Under the pieces are notes generated by a model. The model worked only from the letters and a program-made list of their open reading frames with translations, was not told where the DNA came from and did no database searches. Below are positions 18,518 to 27,046 of a stretch of 64,000 nucleotides of DNA, in pieces. The stretch lies in IMG/VR virus record IMGVR_UViG_3300032167_002310, one strand, 5' to 3'. The translations under genes and the position numbers were made by a program. Numbering within the stretch: position 1 is the stretch's first letter; each line of letters starts with the position of its first letter. This DNA is from a virus (Duplodnaviria > Heunggongvirae > Uroviricota > Caudoviricetes).

Positions 18518-18784
18518 TTACACCTCGGACGCAGGGGAATAAAAGGAATGGTTTTCACAGCAGTTACAGCAAGCCACCTTGTCGGTCGTATCTTGGTCGG
18601 CATTGTGGCAAGTAGAACAACCTCGGCACTCATCGTGACAGATGTAATCATCATCGGGGTCCCAGAAGACAGCGAAGTCGTCGCACTCATTCATAGGGTC
18701 ATCCAGTGTACACTGGCAGGGGATGGGACTGTCGCTGTAGTAAGGACAGTCCCAACCATTCATAGGGCAGTGGATGTGAGCCAT
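18518..18784 (-). CDS. Cys-rich small protein
   Basis: HCPMNGWDCPYY...ECDDF; TAATG coupling. Confidence 0.75.
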   Translation of the reverse strand: MAHIHCPMNGWDCPYYSDSPIPCQCTLDDPMNECDDFAVFWDPDDDYICHDECRGCSTCHNADQDTTDKVACCNCCENHSFYSPASEV

Positions 18785-19032
18785 TACTGCTTACCCCCAC
18801 AAATCGCCATGATGTTCGCCATCACTTCCATCATAGCCAGACCTGCTTCGATTTCCTGCTTTTCACCATAGGAAATGTGGTCGATAGTGACAGTACCCTC
18901 AACGAGGTCAACAGTCATGCCAGACGCATAGCGAATTTCACCAGTCGCATCATTCACAAGGATAACTTCCTTGTCACCATGGTCAGCCATAACCTCAGAC
19001 AGCATTGCAATCATCTCAGAAATCTTCATCAT
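18784..19032 (-). CDS. hypothetical protein
   Basis: 82 aa behind promoter and GAGGT RBS. Confidence 0.75.
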   Translation of the reverse strand: MMKISEMIAMLSEVMADHGDKEVILVNDATGEIRYASGMTVDLVEGTVTIDHISYGEKQEIEAGLAMMEVMANIMAICGGKQ

Positions 19033-19090
19033 AGTATCTACCTCTTTCTTTGTTTTGTTGTATTTATTATAGCATACTTTGTGGGGTTTG

Positions 19091-19291
19091 TCAAGGGGTT
19101 TCAGAAATTATTTTCCAAAATGTTTGTTGCCATTCTTCCCACATCGGAATGAGCATTTCTTCATCTTGGGGGTTCAACTCACAATGGTAAACCAGTGCCC
19201 CATAGGCTTGTGCTTCAAACACGCTCGCAGAAACAGGGCGCTGTTCAGCAAGTTGTAATCGTGATAGTACAAACTTCGTAACTTGTTCCAT
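19091..19291 (-). CDS. hypothetical protein
   Basis: Start moved to MEQVTKF behind GAGGG RBS and promoter. Confidence 0.65.
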   Translation of the reverse strand: MEQVTKFVLSRLQLAEQRPVSASVFEAQAYGALVYHCELNPQDEEMLIPMWEEWQQTFWKIISETP

Positions 19292-19355
19292 TTTGTTTCC
19301 CTCACTTTCTATACATAGTATACACCATTTCGGGAGAAATGTCAACAGGTAATTT

Positions 19356-19433
19356 TGCACAATTTTCGCTCCAAAACTTTGTGGAATCTGCTAATTGACG
19401 AAATTCCGGCCCGCCGCAGGCGAAAACGGCCGG
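19356..19433. promoter_or_regulatory. dual-box module 1 (N14) plus GC hairpin
   Basis: TGCACAAT 19356, TTTGTGGA 19378, hairpin 19406-19433. Confidence 0.8.
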
Positions 19434-19479
19434 TTTTTGTGCAAAATGACGAAAAAATCGCCCTTTTGGGGCGATTTTT

Positions 19480-19848
19480 CTACTTTTTCGGCTTTCTTTT
19501 CTGCACAAGGGTCAATTCATAGTCATTTTCACCAACTTTGAAGGCGATTTGGCGCTCTTTATTGGTGATTTCGACCATTTCGTAGCCTTTTTCGCTCAAA
19601 AATGCCGAAATTTCTGCAATTATCTGCGATTTTGTCGCATTTTCCTTGCGAACTGGCGCTTTTCGTGGGGTTTTCACAGTTTTTTCGCCCACATTTGCGT
19701 ACTTCTTGGCGGCTTTCTCTTCTTCTTTGGAAAGGTCGAAGGACATTCGCTCGCCCCTGTCGATTGCCTTATCGTCTGCGATGACTTGCAGAGCCTCTTC
19801 TTCGCTGATACCCAAATTTTTCATCAGCTTTGCAACCTGTTCTGTCAT
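19480..19848 (-). CDS. hypothetical protein (paralog of 24089-24469)
   Basis: Shared LGISxEEAxQxxADDxAIDxG and EITNxERQ motifs. Confidence 0.8.
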   Translation of the reverse strand: MTEQVAKLMKNLGISEEEALQVIADDKAIDRGERMSFDLSKEEEKAAKKYANVGEKTVKTPRKAPVRKENATKSQIIAEISAFLSEKGYEMVEITNKERQIAFKVGENDYELTLVQKRKPKK

Positions 19849-19971
19849 AGTTATCAACTCCTTTACTGTACCCTTATTATAGCACAGTTAAGGCTATCTG
19901 TCAAGGGGTTTTGCAAAATTTTTTTCTACCGCCCTTTTAGGGGAGGGGGCATTTCTGCCCCCTTGGGGGAG

Positions 19972-20331
19972 TTAGGCTACTTTGGAGAAGTAAGCCTTTC
20001 TCTTTTCCTCTGTTCTCTCAACAGAGCCATCAGTTACCAACTGTCTGACAAGGGCAGACACTCTCTGATTGGACAACTCTGCACACGCAGGCACAGACTT
20101 CATCAAATCTGTGATAGTGTACTTCTTGCCGACTTCCATACCTTCAAGGATTTCAGCCTTGATGCCTTCGTTGGCAACCTGTACAGCAGTAGGTTTCTTT
20201 TCAGCAGAGTTTTTCTTTGCGAGCAATTCCAACTCGTGGTCGATGAACGCAATCTCGTCTGCGTTCAAGGCATAGTTTGCCTTAATCTGTTCAAACATTT
20301 CTCTCTTAGTCATCTTCTTAGTATTAGCCAT
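19972..20331 (-). CDS. winged-HTH protein, paralog 1
   Basis: YTITDLMK...LSNQRVSALVRQLV...VERTEEKRKAYF. Confidence 0.75.
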   Translation of the reverse strand: MANTKKMTKREMFEQIKANYALNADEIAFIDHELELLAKKNSAEKKPTAVQVANEGIKAEILEGMEVGKKYTITDLMKSVPACAELSNQRVSALVRQLVTDGSVERTEEKRKAYFSKVA

Positions 20332-20619
20332 AGTATCAATTCCTTTCTGGTTTGTTGGGTTTTCCTTCCCTTTGATGATTTAATTATATCATAGGTTGAG
20401 CGATTTGTCAAGAGGTTTTTTGAAGTTTTTTTATTTTTTTTCTCAACTCTCTGTTGACTTCTCTCTCCCTTTGATGTATTCATTATAGCACATCTTGGGG
20501 GATTTGTCAAGAGGTTTTTTGAAATTTCTTAAAAACTTTTTTTGACCTCTATCAATTCGGCTCTCCCTTACTGACAATAATAGTATACCACAGACCAAGA
20601 GAAAATACAAGTGTCAAAA

Positions 20620-20755
20620 TGCACAAATTTTAGGAAAATTATTTTTTATTTTTTGTGCAACTTTTCTCTTGACAAAATTTGCGGCCGGTGGTATAATGGA
20701 AAATTCCGGTCACGCTGGCCGTGACCGGGCCGGCGCTTTGTGCAAAATGCACAAA
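20620..20755. promoter_or_regulatory. dual-box module 2 (N24) with rightward promoter, hairpin and an extra TTTGTGCA-AAA-TGCACAAA palindrome
   Basis: Boxes 20620 and 20652; TTGACA 20669, TATAAT 20692; 9-bp stem 20706-20728; palindrome 20737-20755. Confidence 0.85.
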
Positions 20756-20832
20756 ACCCCCAGGGGAGCGAATCACCCCAGGGGTCAAGTGAAAATTGAG
20801 AGAGGGGAGGGAGGGGCTTGCGCCCCTTGCCC

Positions 20833-21192
20833 TTAGTCCACCTTGGAGAAGTAAGCCTTGCGCTTCTCCTCAGTGCGCTCCACAGAACCCTCAGTAACCA
20901 GCTGGCGCACCAGTGCGCTCACTCGCTGATTGGAGAGGTCAGCGCACGCATCGACACTCTTCATGAGGTCAGTAATGGTGTACTTCTTGCCACTCTCCAT
21001 GGCTTCGAGGATGTCAGCCTTGATACCCTCATTTGCGACCTGAACCGCAGTCGGCTTCTTCTCTGCGGAGTTCTTCTTTGCCAGAAGCTCCAGCTCATGC
21101 TCAACGAAAGCCTTTTCGTCAGCAGTGAGGTTGTAGTTTGCCATAATCTGGCGGAAGTAGTCAGCCTTAGTCATCTTCTTAACATTTGCCAT
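20833..21192 (-). CDS. winged-HTH protein, paralog 2
   Basis: Highly similar protein to 19972-20331. Confidence 0.75.
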   Translation of the reverse strand: MANVKKMTKADYFRQIMANYNLTADEKAFVEHELELLAKKNSAEKKPTAVQVANEGIKADILEAMESGKKYTITDLMKSVDACADLSNQRVSALVRQLVTEGSVERTEEKRKAYFSKVD

Positions 21193-21319
21193 AGTATCGT
21201 CTCCATTTCTCGCTATTGGTTGCGACCCTTTTTGAAGTTTCGTTCCTCTCTTGGAACATCTTAATTATACCACATGGGGTTTGATTTGTCAAGAGGTTTT
21301 CGAAAAAAATTCGCGACTT

Positions 21320-21512
21320 TTTTTCTTATCTTCGCTACTCGCCCACTTCTCAGCCTTGTTGCTGGCCCAGCCCTAAGTCTACCCTCACCACGCAATCGCT
21401 TTGCCACGCTCTGTGGGGGCTACTGGGATTCGTGTATCCTTTGGGTTTCAGTTCGCTTCGTGTCTGTTTCCACTGTCCTTGGTGGCTTTCGCTGTCAAGG
21501 TTCCCCTCTTGA
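21320..21512 (-). ncRNA. candidate structured ncRNA A
   Basis: Own promoter at 21519-21549; no credible ORF; GNRA-capped mini-hairpins (gcGAAAgc, tgGAAAca) and several stems. Confidence 0.45.
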
Positions 21513-21559
21513 CTGTAATCATTATACCACACTTTGCGGTATTTGTCAAGACCTTTTTT

Positions 21560-21755
21560 CAAGATTCTTGACTTTTTTGTGTGAGGTATTGTATCGCGCA
21601 TAATCCCCTATTACTTCAACCTCTGGGGCACTGGTTCACACTTGTATACCGCAAACGCGAACACCTTGCGGTCAGAAGCAAGAGCCTTGGCTCAAGGGGG
21701 AAGTCTTACATCGCTCTCGTGGGCTTCCCTCTTCGGGTCGCTTCCCTTAACTTCT
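21560..21755 (-). ncRNA. candidate structured ncRNA B
   Basis: Own promoter at 21761-21790; no credible ORF; stems accGCAAggt, gagcCAAGgctc, gggaag/cttccc. Confidence 0.45.
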
Positions 21756-21896
21756 GTATTTATTATAGCACACTCGGCGCTATTTGTCAAGAGGTTTTTT
21801 AACTTTTTTCAAAGTTTTTTTGAGCTCCTCTTGGGTGCTCCCCTCACCTGACATAGATAGTATACCACATCCAGAAGCAGATTGCAATAGACAGAA

Positions 21897-22016
21897 TGCA
21901 CAAATTACAGGATTTTTATTTCTCGATCTTTGTGCACATTTTCTCTTGACAAAAATGCCGGGGTATGGTATAATGGTAAATTCCGCGCGCTACGTTCGTG
22001 CGCGCGGCGCTGAAAT
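21897..22016. promoter_or_regulatory. dual-box module 3 (N24) with rightward promoter and hairpin
   Basis: Boxes 21897 and 21929; TTGACA 21946, TATAAT 21969; stem CCGCGCGC/GCGCGCGG 21983-22007. Confidence 0.85.
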
Positions 22017-22037
22017 CTCAAACAAAAAAGCGAGGGA

Positions 22038-22196
22038 TTAACCCTCGCATTCCTCGTTGCGGTCTTCAATTCGTTCCTTGATTGCCTGGATGGTAGTACC
22101 AATCAACAGACCAAGCATCTGCACACACAGACAGCCAACAACACCAACGAGCACCCAACCGATGTGGTCAGGAATTTGACAAATAAGTTCTAACAT
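22038..22196 (-). CDS. small membrane protein (52 aa)
   Basis: Manual translation MLELICQIPDHIGWVLVGVVGCLCVQMLGLLIG...; promoter and GAGGT RBS. Confidence 0.7.
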   Translation of the reverse strand: MLELICQIPDHIGWVLVGVVGCLCVQMLGLLIGTTIQAIKERIEDRNEECEG

Positions 22197-22253
22197 AGTA
22201 TCAACCTCTTTCCTTAATTTCTGTATTCATTATACCATGGGGGAGGGCTTTTG

Positions 22254-22991
22254 TCAAGCCCTTTCCCCACTATTTTTGAAAACTTTTTTCAAGTCCATTT
22301 CCTTGCGTGTTCTCTGGGGGATTCTCCAACACGCAGGGGAAATTTTAGTTTCAAGTTTTCTGTGCATTGCGTAACACTTTGCGAGAATTTCAACTTCAAT
22401 TCTCACATCCTCAAGTCCTGTGTGGCTTTCCACAAAATCAACTTGCTTTTTCAGAAACTTGTAACAAGCCTCAGCACTTGTCTGAATGTTGTCGCTTTCG
22501 CTAATTAAACCATTCTGTAAAGCAAATTTTACATAGGAAACTTGATTGAGAACCACTTGACAAGCCATGTTCCAAATGCAAATGTAATCAGTTCCCCAAG
22601 GGAAGAACCAACGCCAGCGAGATTGAGAACAATAGCGAATTGTATTATTCAATGCTCTCTTGTCAAAACCCATGTTGTAAGCACCCACCTTGCGAATGGA
22701 ATACTTTTTCATGTCCTCATGGATTTGCTTGCGAATGTTGAAAATGCTTTTCAAAGTGCGAGTGCCATTTTTAATGTCATCCCAATACTGGGGAATCTTT
22801 TCAGCAAAGTAGGCACTTTGCATCAAGTCTTTGTGGTCGAGGAACATTTCAGAAACCACAAAACTTCTTTCAAGGTAAATCTTGCCTTGTCTGTCACAGA
22901 TTGCATAGCCAATGTCATAGCACAAAGGCTGTTCAATGGTGTTTGCTGTTTCAGTGTCGATGATTAAAAATAATTCTTTCTTGCGAGCCAT
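22254..22991 (-). CDS. DEDDh 3'-5' exonuclease (DnaQ-like)
   Basis: ExoI IIDTET, ExoII AYNMGFD, ExoIII ESHTGLED. Confidence 0.85.
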   Translation of the reverse strand: MARKKELFLIIDTETANTIEQPLCYDIGYAICDRQGKIYLERSFVVSEMFLDHKDLMQSAYFAEKIPQYWDDIKNGTRTLKSIFNIRKQIHEDMKKYSIRKVGAYNMGFDKRALNNTIRYCSQSRWRWFFPWGTDYICIWNMACQVVLNQVSYVKFALQNGLISESDNIQTSAEACYKFLKKQVDFVESHTGLEDVRIEVEILAKCYAMHRKLETKISPACWRIPQRTRKEMDLKKVFKNSGERA

Positions 22992-23097
22992 GGGTATCAA
23001 ATCCTTTCGTATCAACTGTAATTATTATAGCACTTTCATTTTGATTTGTCAATAGGTTTTTGAAAAATATTTTGCGCCCGGGCGAAAAGCTGACCCA

Positions 23098-23571
23098 TTA
23101 AAGGGTCTTGCTTTCGCTCACAAAATACTTCACTTCATACTGTGCGAGAATGTCACGCACCTTTGCACTCTCTTTCTGTGTTGCACAGTAGAAATTGAAA
23201 AGGGTATATTTTCCAACATTTTCCACATAGTTGTGGGGAATGTCTTTCAAATCAAAATGTACTGCGTCAGTCCATTCGTGGGGAACAGTTGCTTCAACTT
23301 TCCAAAGTTTGTCCTTGCGTGCCTTTTCTTCGCACCACTTAACAACATACACACCAACAAGGTTGCACAGAGCCACAATGCCAGCCTTTAAGTAAAGGTC
23401 AAGTTCACACATTAAGTAAACAGTGACAATTGTGTAAAGACCAAAAGCAACAGCATTTACGATTGCGGCGACCCCTTTACCGCACTTCACAGTGGCGATA
23501 CTTTTCACTGTCTGAATGATAACATTCAGAATGTTAAGAATGATAAATGTAATAAGTAACTGTGTATTCAT
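23098..23571 (-). CDS. membrane protein, DUF2179/UPF0316-like
   Basis: Three N-terminal hydrophobic helices (NVIIQTVKSI...GxxxxAAIVNA) plus a soluble C-terminal domain. Confidence 0.6.
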   Translation of the reverse strand: MNTQLLITFIILNILNVIIQTVKSIATVKCGKGVAAIVNAVAFGLYTIVTVYLMCELDLYLKAGIVALCNLVGVYVVKWCEEKARKDKLWKVEATVPHEWTDAVHFDLKDIPHNYVENVGKYTLFNFYCATQKESAKVRDILAQYEVKYFVSESKTL

Positions 23572-23614
23572 AGCGTTTACCTCTTTCGTTTCTTTCTGTA
23601 ATTATTATAGCACA

Positions 23615-23860
23615 TCAATGCTCGTTTGTCAATACCTTTTTTTCACTTTTTATCATATTTTTTGTAAAAGCATCGGAGAACTCATCCCCATACTCATCGC
23701 TGACAAGATAGGCGAGGTATTCCATTACAGTGCTCACCCCATACATGAAATGCTCATTGCCATTCTTTGCATCGTACCGACCGCAGAACAGACCGCATTC
23801 TGTCATTCCGTCAACTACCTTTTCGATTACTTTCTTTTCCTCTTGGTTCAGTTCTAACAT
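23615..23860 (-). CDS. hypothetical protein
   Basis: Start moved to MLELNQEE behind AGGAGG RBS and promoter. Confidence 0.7.
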   Translation of the reverse strand: MLELNQEEKKVIEKVVDGMTECGLFCGRYDAKNGNEHFMYGVSTVMEYLAYLVSDEYGDEFSDAFTKNMIKSEKKVLTNEH

Positions 23861-23922
23861 CGTTCTATCCCTCCTGACATTATTAGTATACCACGTTTCG
23901 GGAGATTTTGCAATAGGCAATT

Positions 23923-24086
23923 TGCACAAATTTTCGCCCGCATTTTTGTTGAAATTAACTATTGACAGGAATACCGGCCCGCGCACTTGTGCACGGGCGG
24001 CCATTATACCACAGCCGGCCCGATTTGTCAAGTGGTAAAAATGCACAAAAATTAGGGCGAAAGTTTGTGACTTTCGCCCATTGACA
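23923..24086. promoter_or_regulatory. dual-box modules 4 and 5 (both N14) with intervening hairpin
   Basis: Boxes 23923/23945 and 24042/24064; TTGACA 9 bp right of each right box (23962, 24081); hairpin 23977-23998. Confidence 0.8.
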
Positions 24087-24088
24087 AG

Positions 24089-24469
24089 TTAGGAACGAGG
24101 GGCAGACAGTACCACCTTAAACTTTCGCCCATTGCAGTGGAAAAGCATTTCCCTCTCGGCGTTCGTAACCTCAATTCCCTCAATGCTTTCCAATCCCTCA
24201 AGGGCTTGCTTGATTTCGTCAATCAGCATTGCCTTGTCGTTGTCGGCTTTGCGTTCTCTCTTGGTTGTGGTCTTGGTTGTGGTGGTGGTCTTTGTTCCAA
24301 TGGCTCTTGCCTTTTTGCTTGCCTTTTCTTGCTCGGCACTCAACTCAAAGAGTTTTGCTCCCTTGTCGATTGCTTCATCATCAGCGACCAACTGTTCGGC
24401 TTCCTCTCGGCTGATACCTAACAGACCCATGTGCTTGGCAATCAGTTTTTCTCTCTCGGATGCTGTCAT
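24089..24469 (-). CDS. hypothetical protein (paralog of 19480-19848)
   Basis: Shared motifs; sits downstream of a wHTH paralog as at 19.5-20.3 kb. Confidence 0.8.
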   Translation of the reverse strand: MTASEREKLIAKHMGLLGISREEAEQLVADDEAIDKGAKLFELSAEQEKASKKARAIGTKTTTTTKTTTKRERKADNDKAMLIDEIKQALEGLESIEGIEVTNAEREMLFHCNGRKFKVVLSAPRS

Positions 24470-24557
24470 AGGCAATCCCCCTTTCTGTAATTACATTATA
24501 CCACACATCAAAGGGGTTGTCAAGGGGAAATTTGCATTTCCCCTTGACTTTTTTCCC

Positions 24558-24917
24558 TTAGTCAGCGAGGGAGAAATAAGCCTTACGCTTTTCCTCAGTT
24601 CGCACAACCACGCCATCAGTGACGAGCTGACGAACAAGAGCAGACACACGCTGGTTGCTCAGTTCGGCACAGGCAGGAATGGTCTTCATCAGGTCAGTGA
24701 TGGTGTAGGACTTACCCTGCTCCATACCTGCGACAATGTCGCCCTTAATGCCCTCATTAGCCACCTGCACAGCGGTAGGCTTCTTCTCGGCACTGTTCTT
24801 CTTTGCGAGCAGTTCGAGTTCGTGGTCAATGAACTCAACCTCAGCCTCAGTCAGAGGGTAGGAAGCCTTAATCTGCTCGAACATCTCACGCTTAGTCATC
24901 TTCTTAGTGTTTGCCAT
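24558..24917 (-). CDS. winged-HTH protein, paralog 3
   Basis: MANTKKMTKREMFEQIKA identical to the paralog 1 N-terminus. Confidence 0.75.
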   Translation of the reverse strand: MANTKKMTKREMFEQIKASYPLTEAEVEFIDHELELLAKKNSAEKKPTAVQVANEGIKGDIVAGMEQGKSYTITDLMKTIPACAELSNQRVSALVRQLVTDGVVVRTEEKRKAYFSLAD

Positions 24918-25308
24918 AGTATCAATCTCCAATCTCGTGGTAGGTCACGACCCAAGTTTTTATTCTGTAAGAGGTGTCCCTCTTTACATTCTTATTATAG
25001 CACATTGGGAGTTGTTTGTCAAGAGGTTTTTTCAACTTTTTTTTTATTTTTTTTGTTGACCTCTCAGTAGGTTTTCCCTTACCTTGTATAACTATTATAG
25101 CATACTCTTTAGGATTTGTCAATACCTTTTTCAAAACTTTTTTAGAAATTTTTTGGTAATGGCTTTTTCCTTTTTTCTATAATAATTATAACATAATTTT
25201 TTTATTTTGTCAATAGGTTTTTTCAAAATCTTTTTGATGGGATTTTGTTCTCTCCCTTACTGACAATAATAGTATACCACATCAGCCACCAAAATACAAG
25301 TGGCAAAT

Positions 25309-25419
25309 TGCACAAAATTACAGGAAAATCTTTGTGCATTTTGCCTATTGACAAATTGCTCGAAAAATGTTATAATGGAAGGTTAGGCCAAAACACCGGT
25401 CCGCGCGCACGTGGACCGG
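25309..25419. promoter_or_regulatory. dual-box module 6 (N14) with rightward promoter and hairpin
   Basis: Boxes 25309 and 25331; TTGACA 25348, TATAAT 25371; stem 25396-25419. Confidence 0.85.
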
Positions 25420-25474
25420 CCGATGCATTTTGGATTTTGAAATGGAAAAAGCGAGGGTTTCCCCTCGCTCTTCC

Positions 25475-25627
25475 TTATCGCGTTCTCTGCTTCGTTGTCA
25501 GCGAATAGGCAACCCCATTCTCAAAAATGACTTCGTCCTTTGTGATGGACGCAACCACCATACCTTCGGGGTTGCTCATGTTTGCGCGAATCTCATTCAG
25601 TGCATTTGCTACTTCTCGAATACTCAT
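25475..25627 (-). CDS. small hypothetical protein (50 aa)
   Basis: Manual translation MSIREVANALNEIRANM...; own promoter, AAGGAG RBS and terminator. Confidence 0.7.
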   Translation of the reverse strand: MSIREVANALNEIRANMSNPEGMVVASITKDEVIFENGVAYSLTTKQRTR

Positions 25628-25701
25628 AGTATCATTCTCCTTTTCTTTTGGTTTGTACTTGTATTATAGCATAGGTTTGGGGGTTTGTCAACCCCCATTT
25701 T

Positions 25702-25947
25702 TTACTTTTTTGCGCTTACGCTCTTGGGACTGTCATTGGTCAAGGGCATCTGCGGAGTGGGAGCTTGTGCTTTGGTGATGATTGCATCAACCTGCTCATA
25801 GAGTTTGTAAGCCTTGCTCGCCTTGCGATAGACTTTCTTCAACTCGGAGTAGGTAAGAGCATTGAACTGCTCGTCACTCATTGTGACCCCAACCTTTGCC
25901 AACTTGTTGCGGATAGATTTCAAACTCATTTCGGAAAACATTTTCAT
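25702..25947 (-). CDS. basic hypothetical protein
   Basis: 81 aa with own promoter and GAGGT RBS. Confidence 0.7.
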   Translation of the reverse strand: MKMFSEMSLKSIRNKLAKVGVTMSDEQFNALTYSELKKVYRKASKAYKLYEQVDAIITKAQAPTPQMPLTNDSPKSVSAKK

Positions 25948-26221
25948 AGTAACAACCTCTTTTCTTTATTTTCTATAATTATTATACCACATTTTTATTT
26001 AATTGTCAATAGTCTTTTTCAATTTTCTTGAACTTTTTTCTATTGTACGAGCCTTTGCCCTTTTTGTTCTCGACTACCGACCCACGCTTGCGAAAGTGCA
26101 AATACTGTTGCAGTTCTTCGCCCTCTTTCTTAAAAATGCGATTGTCAATGGTTTTCTTCTTTTTCATTTATCTCACCTCTTGGTATTATTATAGCATACC
26201 TTTGGGGGTTTGTCAACCCCC

Positions 26222-26710
26222 TTAGGCAACTTTTTTCTTTCTGCCACGCTTAGGCACATAGTTTTTGTAGTCCTTGCCACACTTCTGCAAATTGTGGAGA
26301 GTGTCGAAAGTGACAATCTGTGCGCCGTTGAATTTGATTTGATACTCAATGCCGTTCACATTGACATCACCACCAACCCAAAAGCCGTCATTATCCCAAT
26401 CTCTTGCGACCTGACCGAAGTATCTCTGTACCCACATTTCAAAGTTTCTGCCGTTGTTGCCGTTGGTTACTTCGTAGTCGATTTCGATTGCGCCCTTGCG
26501 AATGAGCTGTTCCATGTGCTGATTAGTCAGTCGAAGCTGAAGCTTTTCCTTGCCACCCTTTTTGCTTGCTTCTTTTTCTACTCGAATGAAGCGAGGCATG
26601 ATTTCATCAACGATTGCCATGTAGTTCTTCTTCTTGTAAGTGAAACCGAGGATGTAACCCTGTGCGCCACTAAACTTTCTGTAGTATCTGATTGCGTTTC
26701 CCTTAGTCAT
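26222..26710 (-). CDS. putative PD-(D/E)xK nuclease-fold protein
   Basis: GRNFE...GGDV...YQIK motif spacing; start moved to MTKGNAI. Confidence 0.5.
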   Translation of the reverse strand: MTKGNAIRYYRKFSGAQGYILGFTYKKKNYMAIVDEIMPRFIRVEKEASKKGGKEKLQLRLTNQHMEQLIRKGAIEIDYEVTNGNNGRNFEMWVQRYFGQVARDWDNDGFWVGGDVNVNGIEYQIKFNGAQIVTFDTLHNLQKCGKDYKNYVPKRGRKKKVA

Positions 26711-26803
26711 TGTTCCTGTCTCCTTTTCTGTTCCGTTCTTTGTATCTTTATTATAGCACCGCATTGACCGTTTGTCAAGCACTTTTTTTATTTTTTTTGA
26801 AAA

Positions 26804-26890
26804 AGATGAGGGGCTTTTAGGGGCGTCCCCCAAGGGGTTTGAACCCTTTCTGCTTGAGCGGCTCAGCATTAAACCTCACCCCTCATCTGT
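26804..26890 (-). ncRNA. small RNA containing a tRNA-Glu-like T-arm and 3' acceptor strand
   Basis: Promoter at 26897-26925; 10-bp closing stem AGATGAGGGG/CCCCTCATCT; AAGGG-TTCAAAC-CCCTT-GGGGGAC-G-CC. Confidence 0.55.
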
Positions 26891-26934
26891 AAGTACAGTA
26901 TAACACACTCCCCAATAGAAGTCAATAGTCAAAA

Positions 26935-27046
26935 TGCACAAATTTCAGGAATTTGACCTCTCGCAACTTTGTGCAAATTGCCTATTGACAAAATGCTGAG
27001 GAAGTGTTATAATGGAAATTCGTGCCGCCTGGGTCGTGGGCGGCGC
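26935..27046. promoter_or_regulatory. dual-box module 7 (N25) with rightward promoter and hairpin
   Basis: Boxes 26935 and 26968; TTGACA 26985, TATAAT 27008; stem 27022-27046. Confidence 0.85.

Noticed and set aside
18180-18871. ORFs crossing the palindrome island (18180-18389, 18260-18481, 18268-18492, 18287-18871)
   Set aside because: Mutually overlapping, Arg/Pro/Gly-rich translations of GC palindromes with no RBS; treated as non-coding.
19972-24917. Z-DNA-binding (Zalpha) identity for the wHTH paralogs, suggested by the nearby alternating purine-pyrimidine tract
   Set aside because: The Asn/Tyr/Trp Zalpha signature is not present.
20310-25134. Short minus-strand ORFs 20310-20510, 21350-21601, 24922-25134 and N-terminal extensions of many ORF-track genes
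   Set aside because: They translate straight through promoters (LDK/LT...WYN/CYN peptides are TTGACA...TATAAT read in frame); true starts lie behind downstream RBSs.
26804-26900. Complete tRNA gene
   Set aside because: No pairing 5' acceptor strand, D-arm or anticodon arm, and it ends CCC not CCA; I found no complete tRNA anywhere in the window.
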